Shown here one piece after another: positions 52,715 through 61,763 of a DNA stretch of 64,000 nucleotides. The stretch covers positions 32,001 through 96,000 of the forward strand of contig CAWABA010000006.1 in NCBI GenBank assembly GCA_963780185.1. The letters are read 5' to 3'. The notes under the pieces are model-generated. The model saw only the letters and a list, made by a program, of their open reading frames with translations, had not been told where the DNA came from and made no database searches. Source of the DNA: Candidatus Bathyarchaeota archaeon. Lineage in GTDB: Archaea > Thermoproteota > Bathyarchaeia > Bathyarchaeales > Bathycorpusculaceae. Position 1 is the stretch's first letter. Each line of letters starts with the position of its first letter. The translations under genes were made by a program, and so were the position numbers.

Positions 52715-54091
52715 TTGGGTTCGTCAGATAAGCGTAAACCGACAGTGGATGAGTTGCTTGCGAAAGCCAAGAGACCCGCTCAGCTTTCTTCGCCGATGCA
52801 TAGGTTCTACGAGGGGAAAATGCAGGTTATCCCAAAATGCGCTATTCGAAGCGTCGACGACTTCGCCATCTGGTACACGCCGGGCGTAGCGGCGCCATGC
52901 AGGGAAATCCAAGCAGACCCAGACAAATCCTTTGAATTAACCAACCGATGGAACTCCGTTGCTGTGGTTTCAGACGGAACCCGCGTTTTAGGCTTAGGAG
53001 ACATCGGACCTGAAGCCGCGTTGCCTGTGATGGAGGGAAAAGCACTCATATTCAAGTATCTGGGCGGGGTGGACGCGTTTCCGATTTGCCTAAGAACTAA
53101 GGATCCTGATGAAATAGTGAAGATTTGCAAGGCTTTAGAGCCGTCTTTCGGCGGCATCAACCTTGAAGATATTGAAAAACCCAAATGCTTCCACGTTCTT
53201 GAAAGCGCCTCCGAGCAACTCAATATTCCCGTGTGGCATGACGATCAACAGGGCACCGCCACGGTGATTTTGGCAGGGTTAATGAACGCCTTCAAGATTG
53301 TAGGCAAGAAACCGCAGGAGAGCCTAATCACGCTGGTAGGGTCAGGTGCAGCCAACATCCGTACGGCTTACGTGCTTATGAAGTGGGGAGTTAAACCCGG
53401 CAACATAATTCTAGCCGACAGCAAAGGCGTCGTAGACAAGAGCCGAAAAGACATTACAAAAGAAGAAGACCCATGGAAATACGATGTGACCCAGAAAACC
53501 AACGCGGAAGGAAGAGTAGGCGGCATAGAGGAAGCATTCAAAGGCGTCGACGCAGTTGTCGCAGCCTCAAAACCGGGACCAGGCACAATCAAGAAAGAAT
53601 GGGTCAAATCTATGGCTCAAAACGCAATAATCTTTGCCTGCGCGAACCCGATACCTGAAATTTGGCCTTGGGAAGCCGAGGAAGCAGGAGCCCGAATTGT
53701 AGCCACAGGCAGAAGCGACTTCCCAAACCAAGTCAACAACAGCTTAGGGTTCCCAGCCATCTTTAGAGGCGTGTTGGATGTGCGAGCAAGAGGCGTGACG
53801 GACAGCATGTGCATCGCAGCCGCAAAGGAACTCGCAAGCTACGCTGAAGAGCGGGGCATGAGCGAAACGGATATTTTGCCGAAGATGGATGAGTGGGAAG
53901 TTTTCCCGCGGGAAGCCGTTGCATGCGCCCTTAAATCGATCGAGGACGGCGTTGCAAGAATTAAGCCGTCAAGGCAGGAACTGTTTGACCGCGCCACAGC
54001 CATAATCCAAAACGCTCGGCAATCAACAGAGCTGCTGATGAAACACGGTTTAATCAAGCAGCCGCCAGACGAAAGCAAACTCGTCAAATAG
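52715..54091 (+). CDS. NAD(P)-dependent malic enzyme
   Basis: YTPGVA, DGTRVLGLGDIG, VMEGKA, INLEDI, HDDQQGT, ANPIPEI and TGRSDFPNQVNN. Confidence 0.95.
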   Translation: MGSSDKRKPTVDELLAKAKRPAQLSSPMHRFYEGKMQVIPKCAIRSVDDFAIWYTPGVAAPCREIQADPDKSFELTNRWNSVAVVSDGTRVLGLGDIGPEAALPVMEGKALIFKYLGGVDAFPICLRTKDPDEIVKICKALEPSFGGINLEDIEKPKCFHVLESASEQLNIPVWHDDQQGTATVILAGLMNAFKIVGKKPQESLITLVGSGAANIRTAYVLMKWGVKPGNIILADSKGVVDKSRKDITKEEDPWKYDVTQKTNAEGRVGGIEEAFKGVDAVVAASKPGPGTIKKEWVKSMAQNAIIFACANPIPEIWPWEAEEAGARIVATGRSDFPNQVNNSLGFPAIFRGVLDVRARGVTDSMCIAAAKELASYAEERGMSETDILPKMDEWEVFPREAVACALKSIEDGVARIKPSRQELFDRATAIIQNARQSTELLMKHGLIKQPPDESKLVK

Positions 54092-54418
54092 CGTCGATCC
54101 CGGTTTTCCAGGCGAAAAATCAGTCGCCCTGCTTGCCGAGCAGCAGGAGAAATCCAATCCCCTCAAACCGATTGGCGCTTAAAAAACGCAGCGCCCTTAA
54201 GCCGCCCATATCCGACAATAACTTCAACATGGAGTCAACATGCAAAGTCGCAACCCGCCCATCCCAAAGTCGCAACGCAAAAGCAGAAGCCAAGCCTAAA
54301 CCAAAAAAGCAACCCAAAACACAAAAAACCACCCGCGAAAGTCGCAACTTAAAAAATAAACCAAAAATCAAACAATAATGCAGAAAAGAAACTGCTTTGA
54401 ACAAAAAAATAAAAAAAT

Positions 54419-54688
54419 TTATAGAGGAGTTATTCTCACGATGTTTCTTTTTTCAAGTCTTCGCAGAGCATCCAAGCATTCGTCTTTTTTTTCGCCAGTG
54501 ATGTTGAGGCTAAGCATTATTTCTTTAACAGAGACTTCAGTTTTGCCGAAATTCTCATGGCGCTTGTGAAGATGTTGCACGATGGATTTTTCAAGCTTGC
54601 CGCATCGCCAAGTACTATTGCGGATCAAAACAACGATGGTTCGGACAAGTGTCTGCTCGTTAGACTTTCTTCCTCGAGGCTCTCCCAC
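54419..54688 (-). CDS. Small basic hypothetical protein (possible winged helix)
   Basis: 89-aa ORF with GGTGA-type SD; ends VKEIMLSLNI...LDALRRLEKRNIVRI. Confidence 0.6.
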   Translation of the reverse strand: MGEPRGRKSNEQTLVRTIVVLIRNSTWRCGKLEKSIVQHLHKRHENFGKTEVSVKEIMLSLNITGEKKDECLDALRRLEKRNIVRITPL

Positions 54689-54773
54689 TCACTCACCGCC
54701 ACATACACCGCATCAAGATATTTAACCATATCTAGAAACGGCTGAACGCTAATTTGAGGCTGAACGGCACCTT

Positions 54774-55223
54774 CTAGAGCGTTTTTTTCAGAAACAACCC
54801 GTGTTTATTGCCGTAATATTTTTCCAGTTTAGCAATTTTTTTGTAGCCGCTGTTTTGGTAGAGCTTTATTGCAGCGGCGTTGTCTTCTCGGACCTCCAGA
54901 TGGCTTTCGCTTACTCCTTTTTCCTTCAGAATTTTCTCTACTTCCCTCAGCATTTGGCTGCCGATTCCCTTTCGCCTGTAAGATGGCGCAACATTAAGCG
55001 TGACTATGTGTCCGAAGGGCGCGTCGTTTTCGATCTCAACCTGCGAAATTATGAACCCTGCAATCTCGCTGTCAGCTTTAGCAACCAAACCTATGGAATT
55101 GTAGTCGGTAAGCAGGTAGGCTAATTGCCGTTTCGTGAAGGCTTCTTGGTCAAAGCATTGATTCTCGATTTCGCAGAGTTTATCCAGCAACCGAATAGAA
55201 GCGGTTTCAATTTTAATATTCAT
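54774..55223 (-). CDS. rimI: RimI/Ard1-type GNAT N-acetyltransferase
   Basis: GHIVTLNVAPSYRRKGIG, LEVREDNAAAIKLY and KYY. Confidence 0.88.
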   Translation of the reverse strand: MNIKIETASIRLLDKLCEIENQCFDQEAFTKRQLAYLLTDYNSIGLVAKADSEIAGFIISQVEIENDAPFGHIVTLNVAPSYRRKGIGSQMLREVEKILKEKGVSESHLEVREDNAAAIKLYQNSGYKKIAKLEKYYGNKHGLFLKKTL

Positions 55224-55242
55224 TTATTTGTCTTAGGAACTA

Positions 55243-56322
55243 TTAGGGTACAGGGTCGATTTTAATTTTTTCCGTATTCACGGCAGTTGTTAACGCGGGT
55301 TTTAGCTCAAGCCATTGCTGCGCTCCAAAGCCTATGATGAAAAATATCCAGAGGGTGATGATTCTTGTGAGTATGGTGGCTGTGGCAGCCATTGCTCCTG
55401 GGATGCCCATCGAAATGTAAAGTGTCGTCATTACTGCCTCGGGAAGCCCAACTTCAAAAGGTATGCCCACAGGAATCGATTTGACAGCTAAGAATATGGC
55501 TGAAGTGACAATAATTATGCTTATTGAAACCGGGTAATCCAGCGATTGAAAAACAAGATACGGGATGGCTAGGCTGAAAAACCAGGAAATAAGCAAGTAG
55601 GACAACGAAAAAGCTATAGCTCTGGGGTTATGACGGAACTCCTTCATTGAATCGTGAAAATGATCTGTAATCTCGATGCCTTCTTCTTTCAATTTTTCCA
55701 GCTTTATTTTTCCTCTACTGATTTTCCGTGCAAAACCCGTTACCCAATTAATCCCTTTTAAGGTCCATTCCCGCTTCAACGACAAAATTCCCATCAGAAC
55801 AAGTATCCCAACGATTACAACCGCGACGAAAATGATCAGATTAAAAACAACGGGATTAACGTTGCCTCCGAAAGTAAGCAACACTAACCCTGCGACTAAT
55901 GCAACAGCGTTTATGGCGGTGCCGAGGAACCTGTGAGTGTAAAGTGACGCAACAACTTTGCCGAATGAGCCGCATCCGTCCCTTGTAAGCAAATATGTTC
56001 GGGTAACCTCTCCGCTGATGGATTGCGCTGGAACAATCGTATCAACATACATGCCGTACCAAACATAGAGGTAAGCACGAACCAAACTCATCTTGATGGA
56101 AAGATGATTAGTCAAAACCTTCCACGAAACCGTGAAAAACAAAACCTGAAACAAACCGAAAACGATGGCAACTGAGTAAATTAACGGGTCAGCTTTTTTT
56201 GCCGTGGCAAAAATGCCGAAAATGTCCACTTTGAACAGATAAATATAAAGGAAAAAACCAAATAACCCCAACAGAGGAAAAATCACCGTTTTCCACGTAA
56301 ACTTCATCTTGGGAAGTTGCAT
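55243..56322 (-). CDS. Lysylphosphatidylglycerol-synthase TM / AglD2-like flippase family protein
   Basis: Multi-TM; VPAQSISGE...R, PFEVGLPE and LTRIITLW. Confidence 0.8.
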   Translation of the reverse strand: MQLPKMKFTWKTVIFPLLGLFGFFLYIYLFKVDIFGIFATAKKADPLIYSVAIVFGLFQVLFFTVSWKVLTNHLSIKMSLVRAYLYVWYGMYVDTIVPAQSISGEVTRTYLLTRDGCGSFGKVVASLYTHRFLGTAINAVALVAGLVLLTFGGNVNPVVFNLIIFVAVVIVGILVLMGILSLKREWTLKGINWVTGFARKISRGKIKLEKLKEEGIEITDHFHDSMKEFRHNPRAIAFSLSYLLISWFFSLAIPYLVFQSLDYPVSISIIIVTSAIFLAVKSIPVGIPFEVGLPEAVMTTLYISMGIPGAMAATATILTRIITLWIFFIIGFGAQQWLELKPALTTAVNTEKIKIDPVP

Positions 56323-56589
56323 TTGGCTTTTTGCACCTGAAGTAAACGGTGAAATGTGGAGCTAGGAATATATTCTTTGCCCAAATCCAAGCTGATATTT
56401 TTTCGAGTTACCCCGCGCTGAGCTTGACGGTGCAATTTGAAAAGTCGTGGCTTCAGATTTAGCCTTTAAGCTTCTTTTAAGGCTTAAAGCAAGATTTCGT
56501 AGAAATACTTCATGCTGCCAGCAGTGCAACAAAAGAATAAAAAAGCAAAAAAGAGTTAGATTGTTTTTTCAACACATCGAAAGCTTAGT

Positions 56590-57160
56590 TTAGTATCTCG
56601 GTCTGTAACCGCCGCCACCGGCTCCGCCGCCGCGACGATCCCGATTGTTTCTGTCTCTTCCGCCGCCATAACCGCCTGCCACCGTATCCTCCGCCGCCTC
56701 TACCGCCGCCGTATCCGCCTCTTCCGCCGCCGCCTCTGAATGGTCTGCGTTCTTGCTCGTATGCTTTGCTTGACACATTGTTTTCTGTGTTTACTTCAAC
56801 GGTCAATGGTTCCTTTGCTGGCTCAAGCTTGCCGTATTTGCCGATGTTCAGGCGGATGTTGCCTTTGAAAAGAGTAACATAGCCGTTTTCCACGCGTAAA
56901 GTGTCGCCTTCGTTTACTTTGTCGATGTTGTCATCCCAAAGTGTCAGGTACACAACGCCCGTTTCGTCACCGACCAGCGCGTCGCTCACCTTATGTGGCG
57001 AGCCGTCTCTGCCCATTGGAATTTCTCTGATTTCAGTCTTAGATACAACTTTGGCCGTAACGTTAACCGCTTTAGATTGTGGGGTTAAGTCGCCGACTTT
57101 AGCTTCTACTGGTGTCTTTTTGTTTTCGAAAAAACCTTCAACAGCCAATTGGTTCAACAT
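56590..57160 (-). CDS. ssb: Single-OB-fold ssDNA-binding protein with Gly/Arg-rich tail (frameshift in tail)
   Basis: KVGDLTP, VNVTAKVV, LVGDETG, LTLWD, NGYVTLFKGNIRLNIGKYG. Tail RGGGGRGGYGGGRGG.../GYGGGRDRNNRDRRGGGAGGGGYRPRY. Confidence 0.88.
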
Positions 57161-57570
57161 CCATATATTTTGGTTCTAAGACAAAACTACAAGCTCTCTA
57201 CACTTAAGTTTTTCGCTTCACCAATTCCCAACCAACCCCAAAAATTTTACCACCCATTTCCAATACACTTCCAAGCACCACCTTCACCCATGAAAACCTC
57301 GGCTCTCACGTCAACAAGGCAGAACACAGCTTTCTTTGTAAAACTAAAGGAAAATCACTAAAGACAAAGTATGTGCGACTACCCAATTGGATGTTTAGTC
57401 CAGCTTTATCGGGTGATTCAACTTGTCCCCTCTGAAGAGACGTCCAGTGTCAAATAAGGGAAAAAATGCTCGCTGAAATATTGAAATTTAAGCATTTGAT
57501 TAAATATTTTTTTATTATTGAACATTGTTTTAGGTGAACTGTATTGTTGTTGTACGTATATGCCTAGTCC

Positions 57571-57578
57571 TTATATAT
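57571..57578 (+). promoter_or_regulatory. Putative TATA box for the peptide transcript
   Basis: TTATATAT about 190 nt upstream of the peptide ATG. Confidence 0.45.
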
Positions 57579-57765
57579 TACAAGTTACGATATGCTATAT
57601 CAAAGCAGGGGATCAACGCCAACGTCACCACCCAAACTGCCGCTGGCGTAACATTTGCAACATAGATTGACAGGGAATAACTGCTCAGTTGGGTCAGTGT
57701 ATCTATGAAACTCCCAATTGGAAGAACCCAAACAATAATCGGTTAACTCGGGAAGAGGTGATGCA

Positions 57766-57822
57766 ATGAGCAAGAAAGCTATCAGAGCCAAAGGCAACAT
57801 ATACTGGGGCGGATGGGGTTAA
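57766..57822 (+). CDS. 18-aa putative precursor peptide MSKKAIRAKGNIYWGGWG (ComX-like, Trp-containing)
   Basis: SD GAGGTGA at 57755-57761, ATG 57766, TAA 57820-57822, then a T-tract; immediately upstream of a ComQ-like prenyltransferase. Confidence 0.7.
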   Translation: MSKKAIRAKGNIYWGGWG

Positions 57823-57839
57823 TTTTCCCAACCGAACCA

Positions 57840-57860
57840 TTTTTCTTTTTTTCTTTTTTT
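57840..57860 (+). terminator. Oligo-T archaeal terminator after the peptide ORF
   Basis: TTTTTCTTTTTTTCTTTTTTT. Confidence 0.6.
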
Positions 57861-57906
57861 AGAAAAAACCTAAATTCGATAAACATCAAAAGGAAAGCGT
57901 ATTGAT

Positions 57907-58902
57907 ATGACTTACAACTCACTAACCGACCATGCTTTAGATATAATTCGCCTTCATGGGAAACAGGTTTTGGATCAGGCTTGCCGAAAAATCCTTGAGT
58001 CTGACTACGGCGACGAAGCATTAAACGCCGCCATGAAGTATTATGCTCAGTCAACTCTTCAAAATGTCCTGCCGATTTTTCCCACCCTGATACATGTTTC
58101 CTGCGCTGCCGTAGGCGGCAACCCAGAAAAAACAAAATCTTTAGCCACTCCGATGATGCTAATTACCGCTTCAGGCGACATCCACGACGACATCATTGAC
58201 AAATCAAAACGGAAACTTCGAAGAAAAACGGTTTTCGGCAAATACGGAAAAGAAATGGCTATTCTTGTAGGAGACACCTTCTTAATCGAGGGAGTCACGC
58301 TTCTAAACAACGTCTGCGGCGACTTGCTGAGTGAGCAGAGAAAAACTATTTTCGATTTGGTAGAGAAATCAATGTTCGAAAGCATTAAAGCAGAGTTGGT
58401 TGAAACCCGATTGTGGAAGACGCCAGAAGTGACGCCTCAGGAGTATTTTGAAGTCCTCAAAATGAAAGGGAGCGTGGCTGAACTTCAATGCAGAGTAGGT
58501 GGAATAGTTGGGTGCGCCAACGGGAACGCTCTTTCTGAAATAGCGCGTTATGGCAGAGTAATTGGCATTTTGTCATCGGTGAAGGATGAATTTATGGATA
58601 TGAACAACTTTCCCGAGCTTAAACACCGCCTCAAACATGAATTGCCGCCCTACCCAGTCATTTACGCACGTCAAAACAAACTGTTAAGAAAAAAAATAGA
58701 TCCACTTATCAACAGGAAGGAGCCACTGAAAAAGAATCTTCAACTCATGGCTGATTTAGTCCTAAATTCCAAGGAAATTCAAAAGTTGAAGGCTGAGCTG
58801 GCGGAGTTGGGACAAAAGGAACTCAAAGAGAATTCTCTTTTGAAGGCTGAAAAAGGGAACGAGGCAGCGATTTTGCTTCAAGCCTTAGCTTGCGAAATGT
58901 AG
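57907..58902 (+). CDS. Divergent polyprenyl-synthetase-fold protein, candidate ComQ-like peptide prenyltransferase
   Basis: First Asp-rich motif DIHDDIID intact; RRG replaced (KRKLRRKT); AILVGD present; KT replaced by KG; second motif degenerate (KDEFMD). Confidence 0.75.
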   Translation: MTYNSLTDHALDIIRLHGKQVLDQACRKILESDYGDEALNAAMKYYAQSTLQNVLPIFPTLIHVSCAAVGGNPEKTKSLATPMMLITASGDIHDDIIDKSKRKLRRKTVFGKYGKEMAILVGDTFLIEGVTLLNNVCGDLLSEQRKTIFDLVEKSMFESIKAELVETRLWKTPEVTPQEYFEVLKMKGSVAELQCRVGGIVGCANGNALSEIARYGRVIGILSSVKDEFMDMNNFPELKHRLKHELPPYPVIYARQNKLLRKKIDPLINRKEPLKKNLQLMADLVLNSKEIQKLKAELAELGQKELKENSLLKAEKGNEAAILLQALACEM

Positions 58903-59081
58903 CCTAGACGCCTGAGTTTGCTTTTGGACAGGTTCGCTCGTCGACTTTTTGTTTTCCGCCCTTTTTCTTCCTCCACTGGATTGAACCTGTTGACTGGATT
59001 CAAAATATGGATTCAAACCTTAAATTTTGGCTTCTTAAAACTTAACTATTTTTTCACAGTACAACCGTTCCATGGATACCG

Positions 59082-60452
59082 ATGCCACTTAGCGGATTTA
59101 ACGTGAAGCTCGGTTCAGAGTCAAAGGATCTGTTAGTGGGCACTTTTCTGGTGGCAAATGCTTTTGTTTGGTATCTGAGTGCTTTTAGGTTTTTGTGGGG
59201 CGACTTCGCTGGCAATTCGTTGTTGGCGGTAATTTCCGTTAACGTTGTGTGTCTAATAATTACCGCTTTCTTTGTGACATTGCTAATGAATCGGTTCAAG
59301 CAGCGCCTAGTTTTTTTGAAATATTGGATTCTTGCGGGAATATTGCTCTCAGTGTCTTATGCATTTCTGGATTTTACTAATATTCTAAGCTCCATTATTG
59401 CATCGGGTTTTCTAGGGTTTTATTTTGGGGTAGGTATGCCCATCTGCATGGGGTATTTCGCTGCAACCAGCAAGTCTGAAAATCGGGGTAAGTCAGGCGC
59501 GATAATAATTCTCATGATAGGCTTTGGCTTTCCAATCCTTACTACCATCGGAGGTTCACAGAACCTTGTAATAGCTACCGCGTTAACGGCATGGCGATTT
59601 TTGGCTTTGGGCAGCTTATTTGTTTTTAAGCCCCTCGATAGAACGGCGGAGACTAAAAACGCGGTTTCTTATCGTTCGGTTATTGGAAACAAAACTTTCC
59701 TGTTGTATCTTGTTCCCTGGTTTATGTTTGTTCTCATAAATGAATTGGCGATGCAAATCAATGCGGATTACTTCAGCAAATTGTCCCAAGCCTTTTCCAA
59801 CAACTATTTAATTATAGAAAATGTTCTTTCAGGAATTTCCGCGGTTGTCTGTGGCTTTTTGGCTGACAAGAAGGGGAGAAAACGGATTGCTTTATTCGGT
59901 TTTGCACTTTTGGGTATAGGATATGCCGCTCTTGGTCTCTTCAACTCGGGCAATGTTGCAGGCAATGTTGCTTCGATTGCGGCTTGGTTTTACGTTTGTG
60001 CAGATGGAATAGCTTGGGGTGCTTTTGCCATGCTTTTCTTAGTTACAATTTGGGGGGACATAGCGCATGAGCGGAATAGTGAGAAATATTATTTCGTCGG
60101 TGTCCTTCCGTACTTAATTTCTAATTTGGCAGGTCACATGATGGGGTCGGTTATTTCAAAAAACATCTTGGACGACTCAGTTGGTACCGTTTTCTCTTTT
60201 GCAAGCTTCTTCCTATTCATCGCCATCTTGCCGCTGGCTTATGCCCCTGAAACCTTGTCTGAGAAAATCATGAGCAGGCTGGACATCAGCGACTACGTCG
60301 CCAAGGCTCTTGAAAAAGTCAAGAAGGAGGATTCGAGAAAACCGCAGGTACAAGCGGCGGCAGAGGAAAACGAAGAAAGTCAAGAACGGTCTTTAGGCTC
60401 ATCGCTGGAAGACGCTGAAGCAAAGAAACTGGCGGAAAAATACTACTATTGA
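59082..60452 (+). CDS. MFS-like 12-TM transporter with charged C-terminal tail
   Basis: ENRGKSGA, motif-A-like GFLADKKGRKR and APETL; about 12 hydrophobic helices. Confidence 0.8.
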   Translation: MPLSGFNVKLGSESKDLLVGTFLVANAFVWYLSAFRFLWGDFAGNSLLAVISVNVVCLIITAFFVTLLMNRFKQRLVFLKYWILAGILLSVSYAFLDFTNILSSIIASGFLGFYFGVGMPICMGYFAATSKSENRGKSGAIIILMIGFGFPILTTIGGSQNLVIATALTAWRFLALGSLFVFKPLDRTAETKNAVSYRSVIGNKTFLLYLVPWFMFVLINELAMQINADYFSKLSQAFSNNYLIIENVLSGISAVVCGFLADKKGRKRIALFGFALLGIGYAALGLFNSGNVAGNVASIAAWFYVCADGIAWGAFAMLFLVTIWGDIAHERNSEKYYFVGVLPYLISNLAGHMMGSVISKNILDDSVGTVFSFASFFLFIAILPLAYAPETLSEKIMSRLDISDYVAKALEKVKKEDSRKPQVQAAAEENEESQERSLGSSLEDAEAKKLAEKYYY

Positions 60453-60728
60453 ATCGCGGCTTGGTTTGGTTGGTTTCTACCTTTTTGTTGGTTTTGACCC
60501 TTGCGTTTTTGTGCAATGGTACCCAATAGGAGGGCAAACCATATACGGATTCAATATACACTTCCCATATACAGCCTATAGAAACTTGGCAAAAGCATTT
60601 GGTTATTTGGGCTTTTATTCTAAAGTTACGCGTGTTTAAAGAATTTAGGAGTCTAAAACAAAATATGAGCAAACAGCCTGCAATAGCTTTTTTAGTTATC
60701 GCTTTTAATTTATTTCGCTGATGCGTTT

Positions 60729-61763
60729 ATGTCTGAAGATATTTGGGTTCCAATGGATGGAGACACCTTTGTCACTAAAGACGGCTTCATCCTTAACACC
60801 TTCGGCTACGAACATCCCGACGACCGCGTATTCGCGTTCCTAAAGTACATTCCCGCCCAGTACAGGGAACTCTTCAATGTGGAAATGCTGGAACGCACCT
60901 GGAAGTTCGGCGGCAATCAGCTTTTCAGGGCTGAAAAACTCTACACGGCAAAGAATTATCAGACCTTCATCGAGGCGTTCCGCAAAAACTTCCCCGACTA
61001 CCTCTACTTCTGCCCCTTCCGCAACAAAGAACTAATCACCGCGCCGTTTGACCGCATAGAGCAGGTTTTTGTTCCCAAAGACCGATTGGTTTGGCTGACG
61101 AACCTGCCGAAACGCGACAAACTGCAGCAGATGGCGCTTGACCTCATCAATTTAATCTCTAAAGAATCAGGCGTCGACCTATGCGACCTTGGGAATTCAC
61201 GGCTCAATTGCCCTGCAGATGCATGCGCCCGAATCCGACATCGACTTTGTCGTTTACGGCACCGAAAACTTCCGCCAAGTTGAAGAAGCAATCGCGCGGC
61301 TTGTTAATGCTGGAAAACTCACCTACATCGTGGGCAACCGCATTGAAGCCGCAAGAAAATTCCAAGGAAGGTACCAAGGAAAAATCTTCATGTACAACGC
61401 CACCAAAAAACCTGAGCAAATCAAGGAAAAATATGGCGCTTACCGCTACGTCCCGCTTGACCCAGTAAGATTTGAAGCCACCGTCAGCGACGACACGGAA
61501 ACCATGTATCGTCCCGCAGATATACGGGATTTCGGGTTACAAGCCTTTGGATGACCAGTCTGAACTTGAATTAGACAAGATACCTCTCGCAAGTTGTTTC
61601 AAACATTGGGCTTTACCGAAACGTTGCAAGGTGCGGCAGCACAATCAGGGTTTCTGGCAAACTTGAACGGGTCGAATCTACAACTTCGAGCGAGGTTCAT
61701 TATCAGGTGGTTGTTGGAACAGCTACGTCAGAGGAAGAATACATTTGGCCAGTAATAGCGTAG
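60729..61763 (+). CDS. Pol-beta superfamily nucleotidyltransferase (COG1665-like) paralogue 1, frameshifted
   Basis: [54 protein letters not shown] and a C-terminal GKLERV...QVVVGT. Confidence 0.8.

Noticed and set aside
54120-54404. Lys-rich ORF 54133-54378 and its antisense partner
   Set aside because: A-rich low-complexity DNA between convergent genes, with no motif or SD; likely non-coding.
57592-57746. Other short ORFs in the peptide leader (MLYQSRGSTPTSPPKLPLA and MKLPIGRTQTIIG) and antisense ORF 57600-57800
   Set aside because: They have no SD and no Trp or other modification-prone core; only 57766-57822 has clear translation signals.
60449-60529. 26-codon hydrophobic ORF overlapping the MFS stop
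   Set aside because: TTG start without SD in T-rich sequence that yields hydrophobic residues by chance.
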